Positions 50,401-58,969 of a stretch of DNA of 64,000 nt are shown here, in pieces. Each line of letters starts with the position of its first letter. Within the stretch, counting starts at the first letter, position 1. Under the pieces are notes generated by a model. It ran no database searches, had not been told where the DNA came from, and saw nothing but the letters and a program-made list of their open reading frames with translations. Both the position numbers and the translations under genes were made by a program. Source of the stretch: Candidatus Omnitrophota bacterium (GTDB taxonomy: Bacteria; Omnitrophota; Gorgyraeia; Zapsychrales; Fredricksoniimonadaceae). The stretch is taken from the NCBI GenBank assembly GCA_028870995.1, contig JAGWOI010000006.1:19514-83513 (forward strand). The letters run 5' to 3'.

Positions 50401-50830
50401 CCAGGTGCTTTATACCGGCAAAGATTTTGTATTTATCGACTTTGAAGGTGAGCCAACCCGGCCGCTGTCAACAAGGCGCCTCAAGCAGTCACCGCTCAAG
50501 GATGTGGCCGGCATGATGCGTTCTTTTCATTACGCGGCCAGAAGCGGCGTACATAAATTCCATGCTCCTGGCAGCGAGACCGCTAATGTGGACCATTGGG
50601 CCCGCTTCTGGTATCACTGGGTCAGTGCCACCTTCCTTACATCCTATTTAAAGGCCATCAAAGGCCGGCCTTTATTTGCGCAACCTGGAGAAGAACTGAC
50701 GATTTTGCTTAATATTTTTATGCTGGAGAAATCCATTTATGAATTGAACTACGAACTCAATAACCGCCTCGAATGGGTGGACATCCCTCTAGACGGCATA
50801 TTGGACATCATGGAGAAGAATGGAGCATAA
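47486..50830 (+). CDS. treS: Trehalose synthase fused to maltokinase (TreS-Mak)
   Basis: GH13 'DDGYD', 'NHTS', 'RLDAVPYL', 'LAEANQW', 'RNHDE'. C-terminal kinase 'EQSNTS', 'HGDYHLGQ', 'IDFEGEP'. Confidence 0.96.
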   Translation: MPESKAYSWYKDAIFYELHVRAFADSQQDGVGDFRGLAGRLDYLRDLGVTALWVLPFYPSPLKDDGYDIADYMNVHPDYGTLADFNLFLKKAHQLGLKVITELVLNHTSDMHVWFQRARHAPPLSVSRDFYVWSDTPAKYSDARIIFKDFETSNWTWDPVAKAYYWHRFYSHQPDLNFDNPHVRQAMFKVVDFWLQMGVDGLRLDAVPYLFEREGTSCENLPETHEFLKELRRHVDAKFQDRMLLAEANQWSEDVVAYFGSGDECHMAFHFPIMPRLFMSIDMEDRFPIIDILQQTPAIPYQSQWALFLRNHDELTLEMVTHEERDYMYRVYALDPRARINLGIRRRLAPLLHNHRRKIELMNGLLFSLPGTPIIYYGDEIGMGDNIYLGDRNGVRTPMQWSADKNAGFSRANPQRLYLPIIIDPEYHYEAYNVDGQQNNLRSLLWWMKRLIALRKRYKAFGRGTIEFLQPANRKVLVFLRRWEQEMILVVANLSRFVEYVELDMKAYKGLVPMELFSRSKFPTIGELPYFLTLGPNEFYMFSLLEEKPATLQAISTAAEAQKPIPVIEAEDMWAWTRQTLARERLEDLLPDYFLTCRWFAGKAKKINFVKIIDTVPIPHKDSTVFMAIVRFEYIDAPPDQYLLPMAYAHGDRARELAEHSRHAVITGVAVKLGGETQQGILYDVLLEPAFAEEILAHIMHRRRFRGSNGQIAFKSTKALAKLYKPSDKESYVPTLMKVEQSNTSVKYGEFLMLKMFRHLDLGLSPDLEMGNFLSQKVSFPYVPPVAGYAEYTNGMMVTMTLGILHGFITNQGDAWEYTKDELEKFFESMLTDKVRVREALIPPGGVLGSLDRTPPPVMMDAMGPYMESIRLLGQRTAELHAALISYGEDQDFAPAPFTFQEQRYMYQSMYSAFGQVFRTLARSLRNIPDKARLKAQQVLTLEAKIQEFLKILLKQKFTSARIRCHGDYHLGQVLYTGKDFVFIDFEGEPTRPLSTRRLKQSPLKDVAGMMRSFHYAARSGVHKFHAPGSETANVDHWARFWYHWVSATFLTSYLKAIKGRPLFAQPGEELTILLNIFMLEKSIYELNYELNNRLEWVDIPLDGILDIMEKNGA

Positions 50831-52526
50831 ATTCCCTTCCATCGTTATCGAAAAAGTCTTTCCTTGCATTGAGGGGGAAGGTTTTCATGTCAAGTGCCTG
50901 GCGGGGGATACCTTCACGGTGGAAGCGGACATTTTTAAAGACGGGCATGAACCCTTACAGGCCGCCCTATTATATAGGAAGAAAGCCGATACTCGCTGGG
51001 AGCAGGTTCCCATGCGTTTGATGGAGGATGACCGCTGGCAAGGATCTTTTATTCCCATGGACAATGCCCGTTATCTTTACACCATTGAGGCCTGGGTGCA
51101 CGGTCAATCCAGGATCAGGTACAGGCACCTGCTGGAATTGATGGCAGACCGCAAGGAAGCCGGCTTCGGTGCTTGGTATGAATTCTTTCCCCGCTCGCAG
51201 GGACGGATACCCGGACAGAGTGCCACCTTCAGGGATTGCATCCTGCGGCTGGCGGACATTAAGAAGATGGGATTTGACGTGGTTTATCTGCCGCCCATTC
51301 ATCCTATCGGCAGCGCCAACCGCAAGGGGCCGGGCAATCAATTGACCAGCGCGGCCGAATTTCCGGGATCTCCCTGGGCGATCGGCAATAAAGAAGGCGG
51401 GCATAAGGCGATCCATCCTGACCTGGGCGGTTTCGAGGCTTTTAAGGAATTCAGGGAGGCGGCCGAAGCCTTGGGGCTTAACATTGCCCTTGATCTGGCG
51501 TTCCAGTGTTCGCCGGACCACCCCTACGTCAAAAAACATCCGGATTGGTTTTTTCGCCGTCCTGACGGCACCATTCATTATGCCGAAAACCCTCCCAAGA
51601 AATACGAAGACATTTACCCGTTGAATTTTTACAGCAAAGATTGGGAGGGGCTTTGGGAGGAGATGAAAAGTGTCGTCCTTTTTTGGATCGAACAGGGGGT
51701 TCGCATCTTTAGGGTGGACAATCCGCATACCAAGCCTTTGTATTTTTGGAAATGGCTCATTGATGAGGTCCAAAAAGACCGTCCCGACATCATTTTTCTG
51801 TCGGAAGCCTTCACCCGACCTAAAGTCATGAAATTCCTGGCCAAGGCCGGCTTTACGCAGTCTTACACGTATTTTACATGGAGAAATACTAAACAGGAAT
51901 TGCAGGAATATGTCAACCAGCTGGTCGGCAGTGACATGAAATATTATTTTCGCGGAAATTTTTTTGCCAATACGCCCGATATCCTGACGGACTACCTGCA
52001 ACGGGGAGGGATCCCTGCTTTTAAGATTCGGCTGGTGCTGGCCGCCACCCTATCTTCTCTATACGGCATTTACAGCGGGTTCGAGCTGGGGGAAAACCAG
52101 GCCTACGGCCCTTCCTCAGAAGAATACGCCGGTTCGGAGAAATTTGAGATCAAGGTGCGGGATTGGGACAAACCGGGGCACATCAAGGATTATATCGCCA
52201 GGCTCAATGCCATCCGCCGGGAGAATCCAGCTTTGCAGGAGTATGACAATTTGGAGTTTTATGATACTTTCGGCCGGCAGATGCTGGCCTATGGCAAAAG
52301 GACGGAGGACAATGCCAATATGATCGTCGTGGTGGTTAATTTGGACCCTTTTGCCGTTCATGAAGATACGGTCAAGCTTCCTCTTTGGAAGTTCGGCCTG
52401 CAGGAGGGGCAGTCCTATCAGATGCAGGATCTGTTGGATGGCACTGTGTATTCCTGGAGTGGCATATCCAACTATGTACGTCTGGGCCCTGCCAATCCGG
52501 CCCATATTTTCCTTGTTCAGCGTTAG
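50820..52526 (+). CDS. glgE: Alpha-1,4-glucan:maltose-1-phosphate maltosyltransferase (short form)
   Basis: 'AWYEFFPRS', 'YLPPIHPIG', 'AENPPKKYEDIYP', 'RVDNPHTKP', 'LSEAFT', 'NTPDIL'. Confidence 0.95.
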   Translation: MEHKFPSIVIEKVFPCIEGEGFHVKCLAGDTFTVEADIFKDGHEPLQAALLYRKKADTRWEQVPMRLMEDDRWQGSFIPMDNARYLYTIEAWVHGQSRIRYRHLLELMADRKEAGFGAWYEFFPRSQGRIPGQSATFRDCILRLADIKKMGFDVVYLPPIHPIGSANRKGPGNQLTSAAEFPGSPWAIGNKEGGHKAIHPDLGGFEAFKEFREAAEALGLNIALDLAFQCSPDHPYVKKHPDWFFRRPDGTIHYAENPPKKYEDIYPLNFYSKDWEGLWEEMKSVVLFWIEQGVRIFRVDNPHTKPLYFWKWLIDEVQKDRPDIIFLSEAFTRPKVMKFLAKAGFTQSYTYFTWRNTKQELQEYVNQLVGSDMKYYFRGNFFANTPDILTDYLQRGGIPAFKIRLVLAATLSSLYGIYSGFELGENQAYGPSSEEYAGSEKFEIKVRDWDKPGHIKDYIARLNAIRRENPALQEYDNLEFYDTFGRQMLAYGKRTEDNANMIVVVVNLDPFAVHEDTVKLPLWKFGLQEGQSYQMQDLLDGTVYSWSGISNYVRLGPANPAHIFLVQR

Positions 52527-52527
52527 G

Positions 52528-52571
52528 CTCATCTTATTTTAATCTTCCCTTAATATCTTCTTTGTTAAGGT
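52528..52571 (+). promoter_or_regulatory. Triple 11-bp-period repeat promoter 3
   Basis: CTCAT-cttatt-TTAAT-cttccc-TTAAT-11bp-TAAGGT. Confidence 0.7.
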
Positions 52572-52608
52572 AGACAAGAAATCTTTGTGCATAAAGGAAG
52601 GAGAGAGC

Positions 52609-53760
52609 ATGGGTTCACTTAAAACTTTTGACCGTTCCTTGCCGTTGTCTGGAGAAACGCAACATTTATCCTGGTTTGACTCGGCCTCTGTAGTCAGGCA
52701 ACTGCTGGAACAATTAGACATCATTATCGATGGCAACCGGGCGTGGGACATCCAGGTCCTGCATCCTTTGTTCTATAAGAGGGTATTGACCAGGGGCTCC
52801 CTCGGTTTGGGTGAGTCTTACATGGAAGGCTGGTGGGAGTGCGAGGCCCTGGACCAGTTGTTTGCCAAACTAAGCAGAGGGTTGATGGAAGGACGCCTAA
52901 AAGCGCCGTTTTATCTCTCTTGGTGGACGGCCAGGGCTTTGTTGTTCAATCTTCAAAATAAAGCACATTCCTTTCACAATGTCAGGCGTCATTATGACAT
53001 CGGCAATGATTTTTATCAGGCCATGTTGGATAAACATATGTTATACAGCTGTGCTTATTGGAAGAACGCCATTAATCTCGATGATGCACAGGAAGCAAAG
53101 CTGGAGCAGATTTGCCAGAAATTGCGCTTAAAGCCGGGTATGAGGATTCTGGACGTGGGCTGCGGCTGGGGAGGTTTAGTCAAGTATGCCGCTGAACATT
53201 ACGGTGTGCGGGCCGTAGGCATCACGGTTTCCCGGCATCAATACGACTGGGCCTGTAAATCATGTATGGATCTTCCGGTGGAGATACGCCTTCAGGACTA
53301 CCGCGATGTCCAGGGAGAATTTGACCGCATCGTCTCCGTGGGGATGTTTGAGCATGTGGGGCCGAAGAATTACCTGACCTTCATGAAAGCCATGCATGCC
53401 TGCCTGGAAGCAGAAGGATTGTTCTTGCTGCGGACCATCGCCGGCCATCAATCAATTTTATGCTTCGATCCTTGGATGGACAAATACATTTTTCCAGGCG
53501 CCGTCATTCCCTCCATCAGGCAGGTAGGGGGCGCCATCGAGGGCTTGTTTATCATGGAAGAATGGTGCAATACAGGTATGGATTACGATAAGACCTTGAT
53601 GAGCTGGTTTGCTAATTTTAATAAGAATTGGTACCGGTTCAGCCGCCCCTATGGCGAAAAATTCTACCGTATGTGGAAATACTACCTGCTCTCCTGTGCC
53701 GGGCTGTTTCGCAGCCGCAAACAGCAGTTATGGACGATGCTTTTGTCCAAGCCGTTTTGA
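52609..53760 (+). CDS. cfa: Cyclopropane-fatty-acyl-phospholipid synthase
   Basis: 'GSLGLGESYM', 'HYDIGND', 'YSCAYW', 'LDVGCGWGG', 'VSVGMFEHVG', 'KYIFP'. Confidence 0.93.
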   Translation: MGSLKTFDRSLPLSGETQHLSWFDSASVVRQLLEQLDIIIDGNRAWDIQVLHPLFYKRVLTRGSLGLGESYMEGWWECEALDQLFAKLSRGLMEGRLKAPFYLSWWTARALLFNLQNKAHSFHNVRRHYDIGNDFYQAMLDKHMLYSCAYWKNAINLDDAQEAKLEQICQKLRLKPGMRILDVGCGWGGLVKYAAEHYGVRAVGITVSRHQYDWACKSCMDLPVEIRLQDYRDVQGEFDRIVSVGMFEHVGPKNYLTFMKAMHACLEAEGLFLLRTIAGHQSILCFDPWMDKYIFPGAVIPSIRQVGGAIEGLFIMEEWCNTGMDYDKTLMSWFANFNKNWYRFSRPYGEKFYRMWKYYLLSCAGLFRSRKQQLWTMLLSKPF

Positions 53761-53772
53761 GGGAGTGTCGCT

Positions 53773-55524
53773 ATGGCTAAAAAGAAGGTAGCGGAATTGC
53801 TGGTGGAACGCCTTATCCAATGGGGCGTAGATACCATTTTCACCCTGGCCGGTGACGGGATCAACGGCATTTATGAGGTGCTTCGCCGCAGCGGGGGAAA
53901 GATCAAGGTGGTGCATGTGCGCCATGAGGAGGCGGCGGCATTTGCAGCCTGCGCCTTTGCCAAATATTCCGGGCGTCTGGGGGTCTGCCTGGTCACGTCC
54001 GGCCCAGGCGGCGTGCATCTGCTCAACGGGCTCTATGATGCCAAGCTCGATGGACAGCCGGTCTTGGCGATCACCGGCCATACCTTCCATGACCTTATCG
54101 GCACCCATTATCAGCAGGACCTGGATCTGGACAAATTGTTCATGGATGTGGCGGCCTACAATGAACGGATCATGGGGCCTTCCCATGTGCATAATGTGGT
54201 CGACGAAGCGATCAAAACAGCCTTGAGCCAACGTACGGTGGCGCATATCAACGTTCCCAAGGACATTCAAGAATGGCGCATGAACGGCCAGGCTTCCAGT
54301 GCCAATGTGCCCGCGCACAGCGCCAGTATCTACAGCATGTCGAGGCCGGTGCCTTCTCATGCTGAACTGATTGTGGCCGCCGCCATCATCAATATGGGCA
54401 AACGGGTGGTTATCCTGGTCGGCCGCGGTGCCTTGGACGCGCGTGAAGAAATCCTGCAACTGGCGGTCATGACCCAAGGGGTGATCATCAAAGCTTTGCT
54501 CGGCAAGGCGGTCGTTCCTGATGACAATCCTTACACCACCGGGGGATTGGGCCTCTTGGGCACGGCGCCCTCCCAGGATGCCATGCAGGAATGTGACACC
54601 CTGGTCATGGCAGGGACCAGTTTTCCCTATCTGGAGTTCTACCCAAAGCAAAGCGTGCGCACGGTGCAGGTCGATATTGATCCGGCCCGCATCGGTTTGA
54701 GGCATTCCGTCGATGTGGGATTGGCAGGCGACTGCCGGGAAACCCTGTGCCTGTTGTTGAAGCTTTTAGAGCCTAAGGAAGATAAAACTTTTCTTGCAAG
54801 GGCCCAGGAACACATGAAGCAGTGGAATAATCTCCTCGAAACCCAGGGTATGCGTGATGACAAGCCGCTCAAACCTCAGGTGGTGGCACATGAGCTCAAC
54901 AAACTTATTGATGAGAACGGCATCATTTGCACGGACACCGGCACCGTGACCACATGGGCGGCCCGCCATTTGATGGTCCGCGGGAGCATGAAATTTTCCG
55001 CTTCCGGCACCCTGGCCAGCATGGCCAACGGCCTGCCTTATGCCATCGGGGCATCTTTTTCCAATCCGGGAAAACAGGTCATTTGCCTGTGCGGGGACGG
55101 AGGTTTCTCCATGTTAATGTGCGAACTGGCCACCGTCGCCAAATATAACCTCCCTATTAAAATATTTATTTTTAAAAATAATATCCTCGGTATGATCAAA
55201 TGGGAGCAGATCGTTATGGATGGTAACCCTGAATATGGTGTCGAACTTCACCCAATTGATTTCGCCATGTTTGCCCGTTCCTGTGGGGTGGCTTCCTTTT
55301 TATTGGATGAACCCGCCAAGGTCCATGCGGTCATCCGGCAGGCGCTTGAAATGCCGGGACCAGTCCTGGTGGAAGCGGTGATCGACCCTTTGGAGCCCCC
55401 CATGCCCGGTCATATCAGTTCAGCTCAAGCCTTGCATTTTGCCCAAGGCCTGCTCCGTGGGGAAAAAGACGGGTGGAGCCTGCTCAAAACAGTCCTCACC
55501 AATCAAATCCGCCGTTTATTTTAA
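53773..55524 (+). CDS. poxB: Thiamine-pyrophosphate-dependent pyruvate oxidase/dehydrogenase (PoxB family)
   Basis: 'VRHEEAAAF', 'SGPGGVHLLNGLYDA', 'GLLGT', TPP motif 'GDGGFSM...NN'. Confidence 0.88.
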   Translation: MAKKKVAELLVERLIQWGVDTIFTLAGDGINGIYEVLRRSGGKIKVVHVRHEEAAAFAACAFAKYSGRLGVCLVTSGPGGVHLLNGLYDAKLDGQPVLAITGHTFHDLIGTHYQQDLDLDKLFMDVAAYNERIMGPSHVHNVVDEAIKTALSQRTVAHINVPKDIQEWRMNGQASSANVPAHSASIYSMSRPVPSHAELIVAAAIINMGKRVVILVGRGALDAREEILQLAVMTQGVIIKALLGKAVVPDDNPYTTGGLGLLGTAPSQDAMQECDTLVMAGTSFPYLEFYPKQSVRTVQVDIDPARIGLRHSVDVGLAGDCRETLCLLLKLLEPKEDKTFLARAQEHMKQWNNLLETQGMRDDKPLKPQVVAHELNKLIDENGIICTDTGTVTTWAARHLMVRGSMKFSASGTLASMANGLPYAIGASFSNPGKQVICLCGDGGFSMLMCELATVAKYNLPIKIFIFKNNILGMIKWEQIVMDGNPEYGVELHPIDFAMFARSCGVASFLLDEPAKVHAVIRQALEMPGPVLVEAVIDPLEPPMPGHISSAQALHFAQGLLRGEKDGWSLLKTVLTNQIRRLF

Positions 55525-55532
55525 AAAGAGCG

Positions 55533-55576
55533 TTAATTTTGTTTTAACCCTTTCTTCATCTGGGCATCTTTATACT
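55533..55576 (+). promoter_or_regulatory. Triple 11-bp-period repeat promoter 4
   Basis: TTAAT-tttgtt-TTAAC-cctttc-TTCAT-11bp-TATACT. Confidence 0.75.
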
Positions 55577-55586
55577 TGGGACAGTT

Positions 55587-55670
55587 TAAGGAAGGCCGCC
55601 TTCTAAATAAACATTGAGGTAGCGGCACCTTTCCGAAAATAAGATTTGTTTTCTTAAGGAAGGGAGGCTT
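55587..55670 (+). other. Putative structured 5' leader, similar to 38730-38812
   Basis: GGAAGG-CCGC-CTTC-loop-GAGG-TA-GCGG-CA-CCTTTCC hairpin, then AAGA-n7-TCTT-AAGGAAGGGAGG. Confidence 0.45.
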
Positions 55671-55672
55671 AT

Positions 55673-55843
55673 ATGAAGAAGAATAAGAAAGGTTTTTTCA
55701 AAAACAGAATCAAATATTTTTATACACTGGAAAAAGAGAAGAACCGCCTTCAGCCGGAGGATTGGGAGCCTGATTTGGAAGGAGAGGAGCAGGTGGATCA
55801 GGAAGACGAAAAGTCATGGCAAGACCCCGAGGAACGGTTTTGA
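55673..55843 (+). CDS. 56-aa protein with basic N-terminus and acidic C-terminus (not in ORF track)
   Basis: SD AAGGAAGGGAGG. MKKNKKGFFKNRIKYFYTLEKEKNRLQPEDWEPDLEGEEQVDQEDEKSWQDPEERF. Stop overlaps a TTG start of the next gene. Confidence 0.7.
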   Translation: MKKNKKGFFKNRIKYFYTLEKEKNRLQPEDWEPDLEGEEQVDQEDEKSWQDPEERF

Positions 55844-56754
55844 TTACAGGAAAAATAAGAATTTTCATCATTTTTTCGGTTCTCTGCTGCTGGATGGCTC
55901 CGGCTTGGGGTTTGGAAGTTTATTTAAAGAACGGGGACAAACTCAGCGGCGTTCTTGTCAGGGAAGATGCCGCCTCTTTGGCTCTTCAAACCCAGGCCGC
56001 GGGTGAGATCCAGATCAATAAAGATTTCATTGATCTTCCCAAGACATTTCCAGAACGGTACACGCCGCCCCGGACAACCCCGCCGGCGCCTGCGGTGGTG
56101 TGGAAAAAAGACCTGTCCTTGGGCTACACCCAGAACGGAGGCAATACCAAGTCTCAATTGGGCCAGTTTTCAGGCAGCCTTGACCGTAAAACCCCTGCCA
56201 ATGAAGCCACAGTCAAATTGGAGTCAACGTATTCATCTTCAAAGAACATCATGAGCGGCAAGAAGTTTTACGGGCTGTTACGCTATGCTTTCAGTTTCGG
56301 ACCACAATTAAAATGGTATAACTTTTATAAAATGGAAGGCAACCAGGATTATTTCGCGGATATCTATTACCGCATTGATCCTTCCGTTGGCGTGGGCTAC
56401 TGGTTTTCCAGCACACCGGAATTAAAGGCTATGGCCGAACTGGGCGTGGGTTATCAATACACGGCTTACCGCGTGGAGACAAAGTCGGACAACGGGCAGG
56501 TGATTTTAGTGCCGCGATTTTTTATAGACAAGCACCTCATCGGCAACCTTCATTTGACAGAGGACTTCACCTACTATCCGTCATTGGAGAATTTCAGCAA
56601 TTACCGTTTCCGGTCGGAAACGGACCTGGTCAGCCAAATCGCGGTCCGGTGGGCGTTGAAGGTGGGCTATACCGATGATTACAATTCTGCTCCGCCTCCT
56701 GGTTTTAAAAAGAATGATTACATATCGCTGACGTCGCTGGAGTACCATTTTTAA
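55816..56754 (+). CDS. DUF481/YdiY-family outer-membrane beta-barrel protein (start possibly TTG 55840)
   Basis: Signal peptide, 'LKNGDKLSG' N-domain, 'LGYTQNGGNT', amphipathic strands, C-terminal 'SLEYHF'. Confidence 0.8.
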   Translation: MARPRGTVLITGKIRIFIIFSVLCCWMAPAWGLEVYLKNGDKLSGVLVREDAASLALQTQAAGEIQINKDFIDLPKTFPERYTPPRTTPPAPAVVWKKDLSLGYTQNGGNTKSQLGQFSGSLDRKTPANEATVKLESTYSSSKNIMSGKKFYGLLRYAFSFGPQLKWYNFYKMEGNQDYFADIYYRIDPSVGVGYWFSSTPELKAMAELGVGYQYTAYRVETKSDNGQVILVPRFFIDKHLIGNLHLTEDFTYYPSLENFSNYRFRSETDLVSQIAVRWALKVGYTDDYNSAPPPGFKKNDYISLTSLEYHF

Positions 56755-56794
56755 TCTATTTTTCATATTGATTTAATGTTCTTTAACACACAAT
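56751..56794 (+). promoter_or_regulatory. Triple 11-bp-period repeat promoter 5
   Basis: TTAAT-ctattt-TTCAT-attgat-TTAAT-11bp-CACAAT. The first unit overlaps the upstream stop codon. Confidence 0.68.
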
Positions 56795-56800
56795 ACCACG

Positions 56801-58969
56801 ATGGGGAACGATATGACCACTACGACTGTCATGGAAGTCTTAAAGCACCAAACCCAAAGGGAGATTTTCCCGGGAGAGAAAAGCCCTTTGGGAGCCACCA
56901 TCAGGCCTGATGGCGTGAATTTTGCCGTGTTTTCCCAACATGCCCATGAAGTCTTCCTGCTGCTGTTTGATAATGTCCATGATGATCCCACGGATGTGAT
57001 CAAACTCAACCGCACTGATAATGTCTGGCATGTCTTTGTAAAAGGCATCAAGGCCGGTCATCTTTACGGCTATAAAGCCAACGGCGATTATAATCCGGGG
57101 GAAGGCCAAAGATTCAATCCTTATAAGCTGTTGATGGACCCTTATGCCAAGGCCGTCAGCGGAAAATTCAAGGAGCAGCATAATCTTATTTTTCCTTATG
57201 ACCTTAACGCGCAGGACAAAGACCTTGTGATGGACCAGCAGGACAATGCCTCCGCGGCCCCCAAATCCATTGTCATTGATGATAATTTCGAATGGCAGGG
57301 CGACAAAGCTCCCGGCATCCCCATGGAGCAGTTGATTATCTATGAGGTCCATGTCAAAGGGTTTACCGCCCATCCCTCATCAGGGGTCAAAGAGCCGGGG
57401 ACCTATTTGGGCTTCATTGAGAAAATCCCTCATTTAAAGAAACTGGGGATCAATGCCGTGGAGTTGATGCCGGTCCATGAATTTTTTATCCGCCATGAAC
57501 TGGTGGAAAAGGGTTTAAGCGATTATTGGGGGTATAACACCATTGGTTTTTTTGCGCCTGAATCCTCCTACAGCACCCAAAAGCGTTTGGGCTGCCAGGT
57601 GGATGAGTTCAAGACGCTGGTGCGGGAATTGCATAAAGCCGGCATCGAGGTCATCCTGGATGTGGTCTATAATCACACCGGTGAGGGGAATCATTTGGGA
57701 CCGTCCTTGTGCTTTAAAGGTTTGGATAACTCCACCTATTATTCCCTTGTTCCCAACCCCGATAACCCCATGGAGCAGGCCCGTTTTTATTTAAATGATA
57801 CCGGCTGCGGTAATGTTTTTAATGTCGAGAACCAGATCGTTATGGGATTGGTGCTGGACTCTCTGAAATATTGGGTCACACAGATGCATGTCGATGGCTT
57901 CCGGTTCGACCTGGCCGGCATCCTGGCCAGGGTCAAAGGGCATTTCAGCCATTCGTCCGCATTCTTTGAGGCCATTTCCGGTGATCCTGTTCTCAACAAG
58001 GTTAAATTGATCGCCGAACCCTGGGACTTGAATTCATACCACGTAGGGAAATTCCCGCAAGGCTGGTCGGAATGGAATGACAAGTTCAGGGACACTGCAC
58101 GGCGTTTTCTTAAAGGGGACAGGGGACAGGCCGGGGACATGGCCAAACGCCTGACCGGCTCGGCGGACCTATATGAAGGTGACGACCGCAAACCATATAA
58201 CAGCATAAACTTTATCACCTGCCATGACGGTTTTACCCTTAAGGACCTTTTTTCTTACAACGAAAAACACAATGAAGCCAACCATGAGGCCAACCACGAC
58301 GGCCATGTTGAGAATTATTCATGGAATTGCGGGGTGGAAGGGAACTCCAGGGACGACCGTATCATCCGTTTGAGAAAACAAATGGTCAAAAATGCCCTGA
58401 GCTGCCTCATGTTTTCCGCCGGCACGCCGATGCTGCTTTTCGGCGATGAGATGATGCGTACCCAGAAGGGCAATAACAACGCTTATTGCCAGGACAATGA
58501 ACTCGGCTGGCTGGATTGGAATAACCTTAAGATTTATCCGGATATCTTTGATTTTTGCATCCGGTCCGTGCAGTTCCGGCGCACCTGCCCCTTGTTGAGG
58601 CGGAGGCGCTTTTTTAGCGGCGAGAATAAACAGGGCAGCCCCACGCCGGACATTTCCTGGTTCGGCCGAAAATTGGATGCGCCGCGCTGGAATAAGCCCC
58701 TGCTTAAGACGATCTGTTACCAACTGGCCGGCCATGAGGCTCCCTTTATCATCGGCGATTATTATCTCTTTTTTATTTTCAATATGAATCACCGGGCGGC
58801 GGTCGTGCACCTGCCGCAATTTGAAGGCTTGAAGTGGTACCGGCTGGTGGATACCTCCCAAAGGCCGGGTGAAGATTTCCGAACCTATGAAAAAAGACGC
58901 CTCCTGCGCAGGCAGGACAGGCATTATTGTGCCGGACGGACCGTGAATGTCTTGTGGGCAGGTGTATGA
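56801..58969 (+). CDS. glgX: Glycogen debranching enzyme (isoamylase)
   Basis: 'GVNFAVFS', 'LMDPYAK', 'YWGYNT', 'DVVYNHT', 'DGFRFDLA', 'IAEPWD', 'CHDGFTL'. Start 56801 or 56813. Confidence 0.95.
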   Translation: MGNDMTTTTVMEVLKHQTQREIFPGEKSPLGATIRPDGVNFAVFSQHAHEVFLLLFDNVHDDPTDVIKLNRTDNVWHVFVKGIKAGHLYGYKANGDYNPGEGQRFNPYKLLMDPYAKAVSGKFKEQHNLIFPYDLNAQDKDLVMDQQDNASAAPKSIVIDDNFEWQGDKAPGIPMEQLIIYEVHVKGFTAHPSSGVKEPGTYLGFIEKIPHLKKLGINAVELMPVHEFFIRHELVEKGLSDYWGYNTIGFFAPESSYSTQKRLGCQVDEFKTLVRELHKAGIEVILDVVYNHTGEGNHLGPSLCFKGLDNSTYYSLVPNPDNPMEQARFYLNDTGCGNVFNVENQIVMGLVLDSLKYWVTQMHVDGFRFDLAGILARVKGHFSHSSAFFEAISGDPVLNKVKLIAEPWDLNSYHVGKFPQGWSEWNDKFRDTARRFLKGDRGQAGDMAKRLTGSADLYEGDDRKPYNSINFITCHDGFTLKDLFSYNEKHNEANHEANHDGHVENYSWNCGVEGNSRDDRIIRLRKQMVKNALSCLMFSAGTPMLLFGDEMMRTQKGNNNAYCQDNELGWLDWNNLKIYPDIFDFCIRSVQFRRTCPLLRRRRFFSGENKQGSPTPDISWFGRKLDAPRWNKPLLKTICYQLAGHEAPFIIGDYYLFFIFNMNHRAAVVHLPQFEGLKWYRLVDTSQRPGEDFRTYEKRRLLRRQDRHYCAGRTVNVLWAGV

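Noticed and set aside
47486-50830. TreS-maltokinase fusion as a novelty
   Set aside because: A well-known, widespread fusion.
50970-52001. 343-aa minus-strand ORF opposite glgE, and similar long antisense ORFs at 53728-54705, 6602-7399, 14759-15523 and 61569-62279
   Set aside because: Nested opposite well-supported genes, a typical consequence of stop-codon scarcity on the antisense strand.
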